This document shows, piece by piece, positions 12,291 through 24,730 of a stretch of 64,000 bases of DNA (the stretch's first letter is position 1; every line of letters begins with the position of its first letter). The stretch lies in assembly GCA_964276515.1 (NCBI GenBank), contig OZ193910.1, positions 5,332,001-5,396,000 on the forward strand, written 5' to 3'. Below the pieces are notes generated by a model. It had not been told where the DNA came from. It did not search any database and saw nothing but the letters and a program-made list of their open reading frames with translations. The stretch is from Gordius albopunctatus. Taxonomy: Eukaryota. The position numbers and the translations under genes were made by a program.

Positions 12291-13600
12291 AAAATTTTAT
12301 ACATATGCGCATGATTTGAATAGAGCCTATAGTCATAATTCAAATTATGGGTCGCCTACACCAAATTGTTTAAATTTATACTGTATCAAAAAAAAGCAAA
12401 ATTGAAAGTTGTACGTTTTGGAAGGATGACTATTGGCTTTTCTAAGATCATACCCTCTATTTGCGTTCCTTCCGTCATTTTGATTAATTTACAAGTTGAT
12501 AAATAAGAATGAATAAAAGAAAATCTATTCCTCAATAAATAAAGTATTAATAAGTGTTTTATAGCAGATTTTACAAATATTTAACTTTTTAAATATTTGT
12601 ATAATTAACTAATCATTTTTTATTTTATACCCCTCTATCTATCCCTTCCCACCTTTCTCTCCCAATTGCATAGCAAATATGCTACGTTTATACGGAGTAT
12701 AGATGAGTTTCGTTCCCACCCCCTTCCCTCCTGGGCCTCCCTTCCCTCCTCCCACCAGGTCCGAAGGCCCTGGTTTATATTTATTTAATTTTTACAATAA
12801 TGATTCAAATAATATTAATTTTCCTCGCTATTTATTCTTAGCTTGTAAATAATAATTAAGTGGATTCCTAAAGTGTTCATTTTTTAATAAGGTTAAAAAT
12901 CAACAAAACTGTGTAATTTTTGTTATTTTAATGTTTTGTGCAGCTGCTAGATGTGCCACTGGTCAAATTTGTTGAATAATTAAAAATTTGTTTGTAATGA
13001 TTTTTCAATGTTGACAAAAAATTTGAACTAAAACGCGCAAATTAAAAGAGAATATTTATAGGGAGTGTCGACCTTGGGTACATGCTTAGCAAAATATTAA
13101 CGGGTCGAGCTTGAGCTATAATCTAATTTTAACGGCGGGCCAAGACCGGATTTTTAAATTTTCGTACTGTTGGCCAATTAAGCCTAAAAGACTTGTGCAT
13201 ATCTTTAGTTCAAATAATGCTTCTCGTTGGCATATTCAGAATTATTGAAAGTAGTTTGCATATTTAGTCCTTATAAGACCAAGGCGGAATTGGGTCACAA
13301 CGTTAAAATAAATCTAACTGTTAATGCTTTTTTAAGTTTTAACCATGAACTAGATAGACTGCTCATCAACGCACAAAATGTGTACGCAAGGTAAATAAAA
13401 AATTTTGAATTGGGTAGATATCAAAAAGAGCATTTTAAAATAAATATCATTTAAAAAATATAGCGCCATCAATATTAATTGCTATTTTGTATAATATTGA
13501 TTTATTGACGTTCGTTTTAATTTATAAACTAGTGAGGAAGGTAAATTGACTGTTATAGGTTCTCTCGTCTTACAATCTAGTTAAAGATCTCGTTTTTAAA

Positions 13601-14490
13601 TTGACCACCCAAACGGAAGATTTTTTAACGCAAACAGCTTTAACATCTTGGCTTGAAAATGTAATACCAGGAACCATTATTCCAAATTCAGTCAAACAAC
13701 GAGATTGGGATGCCAGTATAGTGTCACGCTCCGTCGCTTACCTACTTTCAAGTTGTGACGCCGTACAGCATTTAAATCTCAGGTCACTAACGACTGACTC
13801 TGGTCACGAATGGCTGGAATGCATTCCAAGAAAGTTCTCTGGGCTCTTACTCTCATACCCCGAAATTACTTACGCGATCGCCTTGAGACTGGGGATCCCA
13901 ATTTGCAAGCAATTGACTTGTAAAAATTGTAAGAAATAAATTGATGTTTGGGCCCATCACCCCTTACATTGTAAACTTAACAAATTTCGTTTCATTCGCC
14001 ATCAAAAGATCAGCCTAAAAGCCGGCTTCCCTTCTATTCTCAAACCTTCAGAACCCACTCTTGAGGGTAGAATGCGCCCCGATGGAACATCCACAATTCC
14101 ATGGGATGATGGTAAGTTCCTATCTTGGGACTTTACCTGCATCGATGTATTTGCACCCTCTAACAATAACGCTGACCCATTAGCTGTAGCGGAAGCACGC
14201 AAAACTCATAAATACCGTGATATAATTCCTTCTAAAATTTTTATCCCTATCGTGGCTTCCTGGCAAACAGGCATTATCCTTCTTTAAATTGATAGGAAAG
14301 AGATCCCCCGAAGGAAAATAGTCAGAAAGTTTTCTTTTGCGCCAAAAAATAGGAATTTTAATAGGCAATTTCCGACATCTGGCCCTCGATGAAGAGTAGT
14401 CACGCTTATTATTTAATTATTGATCGTGTTTTATATTTTTCATATATATAGATTTTACCTAATAAAGATTTTTAGTTTTAAAAAAAAATA
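13601..14490 (+). mobile_element. 5'-truncated CRE-like (restriction-like endonuclease) non-LTR retrotransposon
   Basis: QRDWD..SGHEWL..AIALRLG.PIC..CKNC, HHPLHC..RH, RPDG..PWDDGK..WDFTC..AE.RK..KY; stops and frameshifts; AATAAA and A-tail at 14461-14490. Confidence 0.8.
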
Positions 14491-14818
14491 CACCAATTGC
14501 CCTCTTCAAAATGGAGGGAAATTTGACACACAATTAACCATATGCAACATATGGCATGAGCAGTCTATCTAGTCCATAGTATTAACACAATGCTGAAGAT
14601 ATTATTAATGCATTTTTATAAAAACCCCATTGTAGATATTGAATGTATAATTTTAAAATAATGTTTAATGAAAAATTTTTGCCGCCAAATTAACCACCCC
14701 CTCCTTGGGCAATTATGAACATGTATATAATTGCTAATTATTTGGTTGAAGAAATTTTACTTTGGATTCCACAAATAATGTAGTTTCTATAATCATGGAA
14801 TTGCTGATTTATAAAAAC

Positions 14819-14983
14819 TAGTGTTGTAAAAAAGGGTGGGTTCTGTTTGATCAACCTTTGGTTTTAGTCATAGACTAAACATGAACAGACCAAAGGTTTG
14901 ACAAAAAACCCTTTGTTCTGTTTATGTTTAGTCAACTAAAACCAAAGGTCGAACAAACAAAACCAAGCCTTTTTACAAAGCTA
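14819..14983. mobile_element. Foldback hAT-type MITE, 165 bp
   Basis: TAGTGTTGTAAAAA.../...TTTTTACAAAGCTA, near-palindromic throughout; 8-bp TSD ATAAAAAC (14811-14818, 14984-14991). Confidence 0.85.
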
Positions 14984-15584
14984 ATAAAAACAACCTGGAA
15001 AAGTTAATTTTGAATTTATATAAGTTAATACATTTTTTAAGTTTAAATGTGGATGACAATAAAATTAAAAAGCATAAGTAGGTTTTAGACATGTTTCATA
15101 AATAATAAATACCATAAATTGCATAGCAATTAATACATTTAATCATCAGAGTTAAAACAAGCTTTCCCACTATTTCTGTGCATCAATGTTAATTGAAAGA
15201 CTTAAACCATCAGATTTGGATTGGGAGAACATAAATTTATTTAGATTAAGCCCTTGTAAATTAATTAGTGAGGTTATAGGTGTTTTCCAACATGTGAGTG
15301 GGAAGATACTGCCTTCCATAATCTGAAAACCTGAAATGAAATAAAATATGCCCTCCGAACAATATTTTACTCATATAGTAGATTCAAAAATTCTATAAAT
15401 AAATTTAAATAAATAGAAAAAATAAAGTCTGTAATGAAATTTGAAAATATATTTGTTATCAAATATTATTTAAGTAAAAAATTAATATTTTTGTGTTATG
15501 ATATAAAAATGCTTCAAAATATCACAATAGAACTTTTTTGTAAAAGGAGGTATCTTTAGGAATGTATGTTTATAATAAATAAGG

Positions 15585-16231
15585 TTAATTCTTTTTTGTT
15601 CTTAATAATTCTCTACTTAACCAGTCATCACTAAGGTCATCTAAGTAATTTAAAGTTAATATCTATTAAAATAAGTAAATCAAATGTGTATATGAATTAT
15701 AGCATACTCTATTAAATTTTCCTGTAGCAGTTAATGCTTTTGTGTTATATGAATACTGAACACTGAGTTGCATTTTAATACCTAATATATGATATATGTA
15801 ATCAATAAGCAAGTGACTCAAATATTCCTACCTGATGGGCTAAAAAATAGTAAAAAAACAGGGTATGATAGACGCCCATCTGGATGCTTAAGTATGTAAG
15901 ACATGGCTACATATCTTGGCAAGGCCTCAGAAAGAGTTTCTTTAATATCGTTTATTGAACAATTCTATTTATAAAATACAGCTTAAAAGAAAAAAAACAT
16001 TACTAGTAATTCCTCTTCCAAATGTATTAATTTTGTCTCCTTGTTGATTTTCACTATTTTCCTAAAATTTAAATAAAATAAAAGTATAAACTTATTAAAG
16101 CCGATATTTGAGGCTTTGTATCAGAACAAAAACAATTAATTTTGTCCTCAAGTTTCTTATCGATCTTACAATCATCCTAAAAATTATTTAGTTTTGCATG
16201 TTTGCCATACCGCTAAATTTTCGTTTAACAT
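15585..16231 (-). CDS. GMF: Glia maturation factor (ADF-H family), 6 exons, 146 aa
   Basis: Exons 16231-16211, 16176-16092, 16053-16004, 15964-15832, 15781-15708, 15662-15585 (441 nt, open; introns 34-50 nt). Motifs ALIMKINKE, LPRYVAMSY..HPDGRLSYPV..FFSPSG, DDLSDDWL. Missed by the ORF track. Confidence 0.88.
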
Positions 16232-16536
16232 TTTTTCCTACTTTAAAGTCAACTGGCGCAAAATAGATCCCAAAACGTTAAAAAGTAGCAAAAATTGAAT
16301 GAACAAATAAGTCCTCGACATAAATTCCTGAATATAATATCAATTATATGAATAAAAATATATCACTGCTTATAGGTATAAATATAAATTTCATTTTACC
16401 ATATCAAAAAACAAGTCCTGATGAATTTTTATAAATTCTGATCAGTTCTGACAAAATTCGTTTCTATTTCTCTACTACTTTGACCGGGTTCCCGCAAAAA
16501 CATAAGTTATTCTTTGTCTTCTCAAATTCATCATAC

Positions 16537-17887
16537 TGTAGAGGCTACGAATTTAATTAAAAAACCTCCTTTCGCACGCTACTTTCCCTTGACCCCGTCT
16601 AGGCAAATTATTATTCACGCACCCTAATAATAGCTCCTCGCTTATACTTTATCATCGCCTGACTTATTCAAATTATTATTCACGCACCCTAATCATAAAA
16701 GTGAATACATTTAAGTATTTGAATGTCTCGCAATTCACCTTATTATACACACAAATAACCTCGCAGAGATGTGTATATAAACGCGATGTTATTAAATAAA
16801 AGTATTCATTCATTTTTCCATTATCTTTTAACTTAACAGCTCTTTAAACTTAACATTTGGTGACCCCGACGTTTCGGGGGAGCCGAAGGGAGCCGAATTT
16901 TTTTTAATTCCTCCCCCCTATAAATTTATAACCCAGGTAAACATTAACCCGACTGTCGGAGGTGATATAATTTTTCTCCCCCCCATAACAGTCCATTTAG
17001 TAATGTTATTTGGTTTTCTTAGTTAAAATAAAACAATTCAGATATAGGGCATTATCTTCTAAATTCGGCATCCATATTTGTCCGACTGCTGGGAAAGATA
17101 CAATCTACCTACCTATCTAATTGTTAATACGAAGAAAACCAGGTTACCCTACTACTCCGCTACACAAACAACAACATCGTCTACTGAACGTCCTATTGGT
17201 CCACTGCCCTGTCAATGAACTTATTTGCAAAACACAGCGCAGGACCGCTTGCAACGAGCAAAGACGACGTTCAGCAACGCAAAAACACTTACTACTACCT
17301 ACCACTATAAAGTTTTAACCAATACTGACCGATTTAACTTAGGGAAGAATGCGATTCTAAAATAGATATGTCTGCTCCGACAAATCTAATTATATATTGG
17401 ATAGCATACCAACTTCCAGGGTCCTGAATCACAACACCAGCTAACTCCGACCCAGACCTAACAAAATCAAAAGAAAACCCATACATCACATCGAGAGGAA
17501 GGCACGTGCATTGGCGCTATAAACTACTACACTAACCACAACTCTCCGAGTGAAGGCCCGATGATAGTTGTAGAGGCTACGAATTTAATTAAAAAACCTC
17601 CTTTCGCACGCTACTTTCCCTTGACACCGTCTAGGCAAATTATTATTCACGCACCCTAATAATAGCTCCTCGCTTATACTTTATCATCGCCTGACTTATT
17701 CAAATTATTATTCACGCACCCTAATCATAAAAGTGAATACATTTAAGTATTTGAATGTCTCGCAATTCACCTTATTATACACACAAATAACCTCGCAGAG
17801 ATGTGTATATAAACGCGATGTTATTAAATAAAAGTATTCATTCATTTTTCCATTATCTTTTAACTTAACAGCTCTTTAAACTTAACA
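16537..17887 (+). mobile_element. Non-autonomous mini LTR retrotransposon (Gypsy-derived, TRIM-like), copy 1
   Basis: 319-bp TG...CA LTRs 16537-16855 and 17569-17887 (one substitution seen); PBS TGGTGACCCCGACGT at 16858 (tRNA-Trp type); 4-bp TSD ATAC; internal TSRGRHVHW resembles a pol C-terminus remnant. Confidence 0.93.
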
Positions 17888-17982
17888 ATACAATCAATAT
17901 TTAAAACTGACATATTCTAAGAATTAGGGTTAGGGGTTAAAGTCTTTGGAATTCATAAAATGTCTAGAGAAATTATTGGGCA

Positions 17983-18785
17983 ATGCTCTTTGCGAATGAT
18001 ATCGTCCTATGCGCATGCTCAAACGTGGAATTAGCAAAGCAGTTAAAAGTGTGGATGGAACGAATTGAAAGCAAAGGCCTTAGGTCAACCGAGATAAAAC
18101 TGAATATGTATGCTTGGAGTCGGGGAATGAATACAAAGAAACACACCAGCAAAGTGCAAATCGATGACTGGTGTTTAAGCAGCAGGAAAGAATTTAAATA
18201 TCTTGGTTCTAGGGTACAATGTGATGGAGGTGTGGAAAACGAAATTAAGGCAAGAATAAACGCAGGCTGGCTAAAATTCAAGGAGTTTAGTGGTGTCCTA
18301 TGTGACAAGCACATACCACTCAAATTGAAAGGACGGTTTTATAACACCGTTATTGTACCCACGGTATTGTATCGAGCGGAAACCTGGGCAATTAGGGCAA
18401 AAGAGGAGCAAAGCTTGGCTACAATGGAGATGCGAATGTTAAGATGGATCTTGAGAATAAGCAAAAAGGACCATATAAGGAATCAAGACATAAGGGATAA
18501 ACTAAATGTAATTCCAATTCAGAGAAAGTTGGTGGTAAGAAGATTGGGATGGTATGGCCATTTGGAGAGACGGGAGGAAAGTCACTTAGAAAATCGTATC
18601 AAGAAAGTGCAAGTCGAAGGTAAGAGAAAGAGAGGGAGACCTAAACTGACATGGAAGCATAAAATAGATATGGACTTGAGAAGGTACGAGCTAAAGCGAA
18701 GCTGGTGTAAGTGCAGGAATACATGGAGAACCTACTTGAAGGAGCTGACCACTAAATGTGACAAACAGCTATAGGAAAAAAAATA
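17983..18785 (+). mobile_element. 5'-truncated RTE LINE, copy 1
   Basis: MLFAND (YADD-like), FKYLGS, GVLCDK, RLGWYGH, RGRPK; A-rich 3' end. Confidence 0.92.
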
Positions 18786-19272
18786 TTTGCATTCTAATAT
18801 TTAACAGGTGTAAGTCATATAAAACTTACAACCCTTAATAATTGTTTATTAGATATTAAAATAAAATAACATGAGTGAGTACGCACAAGTTTATATTATA
18901 CTCTATTGTTTTCATTGAAATTATTATCAATGTTAGCGCCGTGCTATAGCTCTAACGCATTTAAGTGCTATCGGCTATAGCTTTAGCGCCTCAAACCTCC
19001 CATCTCCTATAGCTTAAGCACTTAAAGTGACTATGTGCTAGTAGACATATCATATTTATAGGCTATTCCCATCAGCGGGAAGGTGCTAAGCGCGCTAATC
19101 ACTGCTTATAGGTATAAATATAAATTTCATTTTACCATATCAAAAAACAAGTCCTGATGAATTTTTATAAATTCTGATCAGTTCTGACAAAATTCGTTTC
19201 TATTTCTCTACTACTTTGACCGGGTTCCCGCAAAAACATAAGTTATTCTTTGTCTTCTCAAATTCATCATAC

Positions 19273-20623
19273 TGTAGAGGCTACGAATTTAATTAAAAAA
19301 CCTCCTTTCGCACGCTACTTTCCCTTGACCCCGTCTAGGCAAATTATTATTCACGCACCCTAATAATAGCTCCTCGCTTATACTTTATCATCGCCTGACT
19401 TATTCAAATTATTATTCACGCACCCTAATCATAAAAGTGAATACATTTAAGTATTTGAATGTCTCGCAATTCACCTTATTATACACACAAATAACCTCGC
19501 AGAGATGTGTATATAAACGCGATGTTATTAAATAAAAGTATTCATTCATTTTTCCATTATCTTTTAACTTAACAGCTCTTTAAACTTAACATTTGGTGAC
19601 CCCGACGTTTCGGGGGAGCCGAAGGGAGCCGAATTTTTTTTAATTCCTCCCCCCTATAAATTTATAACCCAGGTAAACATTAACCCGACTGTCGGAGGTG
19701 ATATAATTTTTCTCCCCCCCATAACAGTCCATTTAGTAATGTTATTTGGTTTTCTTAGTTAAAATAAAACAATTCAGATATAGGGCATTATCTTCTAAAT
19801 TCGGCATCCATATTTGTCCGACTGCTGGGAAAGATACAATCTACCTACCTATCTAATTGTTAATACGAAGAAAACCAGGTTACCCTACTACTCCGCTACA
19901 CAAACAACAACATCGTCTACTGAACGTCCTATTGGTCCACTGCCCTGTCAATGAACTTATTTGCAAAACACAGCGCAGGACCGCTTGCAACGAGCAAAGA
20001 CGACGTTCAGCAACGCAAAAACACTTACTACTACCTACCACTATAAAGTTTTAACCAATACTGACCGATTTAACTTAGGGAAGAATGCGATTCTAAAATA
20101 GATATGTCTGCTCCGACAAATCTAATTATATATTGGATAGCATACCAACTTCCAGGGTCCTGAATCACAACACCAGCTAACTCCGACCCAGACCTAACAA
20201 AATCAAAAGAAAACCCATACATCACATCGAGAGGAAGGCACGTGCATTGGCGCTATAAACTACTACACTAACCACAACTCTCCGAGTGAAGGCCCGATGA
20301 TAGTTGTAGAGGCTACGAATTTAATTAAAAAACCTCCTTTCGCACGCTACTTTCCCTTGACACCGTCTAGGCAAATTATTATTCACGCACCCTAATAATA
20401 GCTCCTCGCTTATACTTTATCATCGCCTGACTTATTCAAATTATTATTCACGCACCCTAATCATAAAAGTGAATACATTTAAGTATTTGAATGTCTCGCA
20501 ATTCACCTTATTATACACACAAATAACCTCGCAGAGATGTGTATATAAACGCGATGTTATTAAATAAAAGTATTCATTCATTTTTCCATTATCTTTTAAC
20601 TTAACAGCTCTTTAAACTTAACA
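19273..20623 (+). mobile_element. Mini LTR retrotransposon, copy 2 (via tandem duplication)
   Basis: Same LTRs, PBS, TSD and flanks as copy 1, offset 2736. Confidence 0.93.
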
Positions 20624-20718
20624 ATACAATCAATATTTAAAACTGACATATTCTAAGAATTAGGGTTAGGGGTTAAAGTCTTTGGAATTCATAAAATGTC
20701 TAGAGAAATTATTGGGCA

Positions 20719-21521
20719 ATGCTCTTTGCGAATGATATCGTCCTATGCGCATGCTCAAACGTGGAATTAGCAAAGCAGTTAAAAGTGTGGATGGAACGAA
20801 TTGAAAGCAAAGGCCTTAGGTCAACCGAGATAAAACTGAATATGTATGCTTGGAGTCGGGGAATGAATACAAAGAAACACACCAGCAAAGTGCAAATCGA
20901 TGACTGGTGTTTAAGCAGCAGGAAAGAATTTAAATATCTTGGTTCTAGGGTACAATGTGATGGAGGTGTGGAAAACGAAATTAAGGCAAGAATAAACGCA
21001 GGCTGGCTAAAATTCAAGGAGTTTAGTGGTGTCCTATGTGACAAGCACATACCACTCAAATTGAAAGGACGGTTTTATAACACCGTTATTGTACCCACGG
21101 TATTGTATCGAGCGGAAACCTGGGCAATTAGGGCAAAAGAGGAGCAAAGCTTGGCTACAATGGAGATGCGAATGTTAAGATGGATCTTGAGAATAAGCAA
21201 AAAGGACCATATAAGGAATCAAGACATAAGGGATAAACTAAATGTAATTCCAATTCAGAGAAAGTTGGTGGTAAGAAGATTGGGATGGTATGGCCATTTG
21301 GAGAGACGGGAGGAAAGTCACTTAGAAAATCGTATCAAGAAAGTGCAAGTCGAAGGTAAGAGAAAGAGAGGGAGACCTAAACTGACATGGAAGCATAAAA
21401 TAGATATGGACTTGAGAAGGTACGAGCTAAAGCGAAGCTGGTGTAAGTGCAGGAATACATGGAGAACCTACTTGAAGGAGCTGACCACTAAATGTGACAA
21501 ACAGCTATAGGAAAAAAAATA
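20719..21521 (+). mobile_element. 5'-truncated RTE LINE, copy 2 (via tandem duplication)
   Basis: ORF identical to 17983-18774. Confidence 0.92.
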
Positions 21522-21859
21522 TTTGCATTCTAATATTTAACAGGTGTAAGTCATATAAAACTTACAACCCTTAATAATTGTTTATTAGATATTAAAATAA
21601 AATAACATGAGTGAGTACGCACAAGTTTATATTATACTCTATTGTTTTCATTGAAATTATTATCAATGTTAGCGCCGTGCTATAGCTCTAACGCATTTAA
21701 GTGCTATCGGCTATAGCTTTAGCGCCTCAAACCTCCCATCTCCTATAGCTTAAGCACTTAAAGTGACTATGTGCTAGTAGACATATCATATTTATAGGCT
21801 ATTCCCATCAGCGGGAAGGTGCTAAGCGCGCTAGTGCTAAGCGTTTTCCCACTTGTAGG

Positions 21860-22280
21860 TAGAGGCCTGCAAAGTCACTTTCTTTCAGCCCGAACCCGAC
21901 CCGAAAGCGTTTTTAAATTTTCAACCCGAACCCGACTCGACCCGAAAGCGTTTTTAAACAATAATAAATAATCATTTGTTAATATTTTATCTTTCGTGAT
22001 TCAGCTGTAAATTTAAATTTTCCTCCAAATTAAACGAATTAAAAAAATAGGAAAGGAAATTGATTATATGAATGAATGATTATAATTAGTTATACAATTC
22101 GATATTGTTTTACAAAAATTATAGATAATAGCATTAATTTAACAAATACTTTTCGTTCATTTTGTAATGTAAGATTCATATCCTTTGACCCGACTTTATA
22201 AATCCAACCCGACCCGAAAGCATTCTAAAATTTTCAACCCGACCCGACCCGAAAGCGTTTTTAAATTTTATAGCCCTCTA
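21860..22280 (+). mobile_element. hAT-type MITE with ACCCG subterminal repeats
   Basis: TAGAGGCCTGC.../...GCCCTCTA; (ACCCG)n at both ends; related inverted copy near 24263-24640 and another end near 24645-24715; TSD not evident. Confidence 0.7.
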
Positions 22281-22347
22281 GGGGCAGGAAGGGGCGGCTG
22301 CGCCCCTCTAAATCTAAATTTGTTGAAATTAATTTGATGATTTAAAG

Positions 22348-23754
22348 TAGAGATGCACCGATACCACTATTTTGTGCCGATACCGATACCAGCCGATACT
22401 TAAGATCTTTTTGCCGATACCGATACCATGCCGATACTTATAATAAAAAAATTTATAATAAAAAATATATGCAAATTAAATATTATAAATTAAGTCACAT
22501 CCAAATTTTGGTAGATCAGAATTTTGACGATAAAACAATTGTAATATAATATTAATTTATAATAATAAATTTTGTTATTAATTAATTCAAAAGTATTGTG
22601 ATGAATAGATCAAAAAAGAAATTTAAATTTTATTATGGTACACTTTATATTTTATTAATACATAAATCTATATATATTAAAATCTAAGTCCCTTTTCTTT
22701 GAACGCTAATAACTTTTAGAGTTCCCAACCGATTGCCACCAGATTTGGCCAGATTATTGCCTTAGCATTGTAGAAGGTTTATAAATACTTTTTATCAACC
22801 TGCGACAGCGGGAACCATGTTTTTTGGTAGTCTATACCCCCATCTAGCGGGTTGTTCATACTACGGTTTTGTACTTATTTATCGTTATGGTGCTACCGAT
22901 TACCTTAAACTTTTTTCCACTATTGCTTTATCTTATTTGTCTCAATTTTTTACTCAACTACGATAGTTGTTCGATCGTGACCTGAGCGTGGAGCCAAGCT
23001 CCCAAGCGCTGGAAGTTCCTCTGCCGAAGCGCCATTAATAAGAGACTTTAAGAGGCACTCGGACAGGGTGTCATTCCAACATTTTTTTATATGTTGTTTA
23101 TTTGAACGTAAGAACATTATAAAAACGAAGTGTCAACGTTCGAGAAATATAAAAGCGGGTGTAAAACTAAATAAAAATATTGAGTGTTTATTCAGGGGTT
23201 TAATAGATTGTAAACGACTTCATTAAACCAAATTTTAAGGTGTTTTTCTACTATCTCTTCATTTTATTACTGTAGATTTTTGGCTATGACGATACACAAC
23301 TATACACGCTTTACTAAAATTTATCTCTGAATTGTCAAACATTATCATCATTTTCAAACATTATAATTGACTTTTATATATGTCACTCAACTATGCATGT
23401 TATCGCTAAACATCGCTACCTAATAATATTTAAAACTGTTATAAATCTATTTGATTAATAATAAATATGGCTTTTTTATTATGCTAATATTTATTTGCAT
23501 AATATAAAAATATATTTTTTCACATCACAAACTCTCTTTCAGCTGACCCAAATTTTTTCATATATTTTCTATTGATAGGTACCAATTATTTAGCCAAATA
23601 AGTACTAAGCCAAAGCAACGCCTGGCCGGGCACAGCTAGTTTATTTTATAAAAAAGTAAATATACGTGTAATATGCTTATATCTTGGTAAGTGTCGATAC
23701 TAGCAAAGTATAGGCGCCGATACCATGCCGATACTTGGTATCGGTGCATCTCTA
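22348..23754. mobile_element. Non-autonomous hAT element containing a nested Helitron
   Basis: Perfect TIR TAGAGATGCACCGATACC; 8-bp TSD ATTTAAAG (22340-22347, 23755-23762); CCGATA subterminal repeats. Confidence 0.93.
22667..23639 (+). mobile_element. Non-autonomous Helitron
   Basis: A|TCTATATATATTAAAA start; GC-rich hairpin-like GCAACGCCTGGCCGGGC then CTAG|T end; no TSD; 5' part homologous to 53170-53364 on the minus strand. Confidence 0.85.
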
Positions 23755-24262
23755 ATTTAAAGTAAGATGTGCTCTATCGTTAAAAGAATACATTGTTACC
23801 GAATTTATCTAAATTAGCTTGAAAGTTCTTGTCCGTTGCAGCTATCGGAACCATTTCACTAGTGAATACACTTTCAGTAAAACAAGTCATCTTTTAGAAG
23901 AGTGAAGGATTAAAAATAACGACTAATTAAATTATGATTTTGCATGGATTAAATCAAGACAGTGCAATTAAAAACAAAAATGTATAACAAAATGAATAAT
24001 TTAGGCAGAGAGATATTTATGGGCCCGTTCTTTAGCGCGGACTAAAATATATGGGCTCTCGTCTCTAACTTAAAATTTAAGTCTATACAAAACTCTACAC
24101 AAAGATCTTTATGCTAAGAATAATTCATTTTAACTCCTGGGCACTCTTGTGGGCTATATCGAACCCCATTCTTAAAATTTGTATATGAAGTTGACTGATT
24201 TTATTAGTTAATACCACTGTAATTAACCGAAAAGATATGTATAACCCCGAGACACATAAAAC

Positions 24263-24730
24263 TAGAGACTTGCACGGGCAACCCGAAATCCGACCCTCAT
24301 AGGATCGGGTTCGGGTTAAAAATTTTTTAATATCTTCAGGTCAGGTTCGGATTAAAAATTTAAAATGCTTCCGGGTCGGGTCGGGTTAAATTTAAAGTTA
24401 AGGGTCAAAGGTTATTAATTTTACATTGCAAAAAACACGGGACATATCTGTTAAATTAATGGTATTATGTATAAAATTTTTAATTAATATCGAAAAGTAT
24501 AATTGAAGATCTTTCATTCAGTTAATTAATTTCCTTGTGTCTATTTAAATCTGATTGTTTTAATTTGTAAATTTGACTTGTGAAAGGTAAAATATATCAA
24601 CAAAATAATTATTATTTTTAATTAAATTTTATTATAGTGTGAAGTAGAGAGCTGCAAAGTCACTTTTTTCAATCTGAACCCGACCCGAAATTTTTTTAAC
24701 CCCAACCCGACCCCACAATTACTCTCGAGG
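24263..24730 (-). mobile_element. hAT-type MITE fragments related to 21860-22280
   Basis: TAGAGACTTGC start, CGGGT repeats, internal AT-rich region is reverse-complement-similar to 21960-22200. Confidence 0.6.

Larger units (their letters stand above)
16362..21833 (+). repeat. Tandem duplication of a 2736-bp unit (16362-19097, 19098-21833)
   Basis: Identical ORFs at offset 2736; junction GCGCGCTA|ATCACTGC; no differences found by eye. Confidence 0.97.

Noticed and set aside
15170..15330. Extra coding exon downstream of GMF
   Set aside because: Acceptor-like site and open frames exist, but GMF already terminates at 15585 and no homology was recognised.
16240..16321. Signal-peptide-like extension of GMF (MSRTYLFIQFLLLF...)
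   Set aside because: Ends in TAG before the GMF ATG; at most a uORF.
17121..17318. 65-aa ORF inside the mini-LTR element
   Set aside because: Non-ATG start and no recognisable gag/pol motif.
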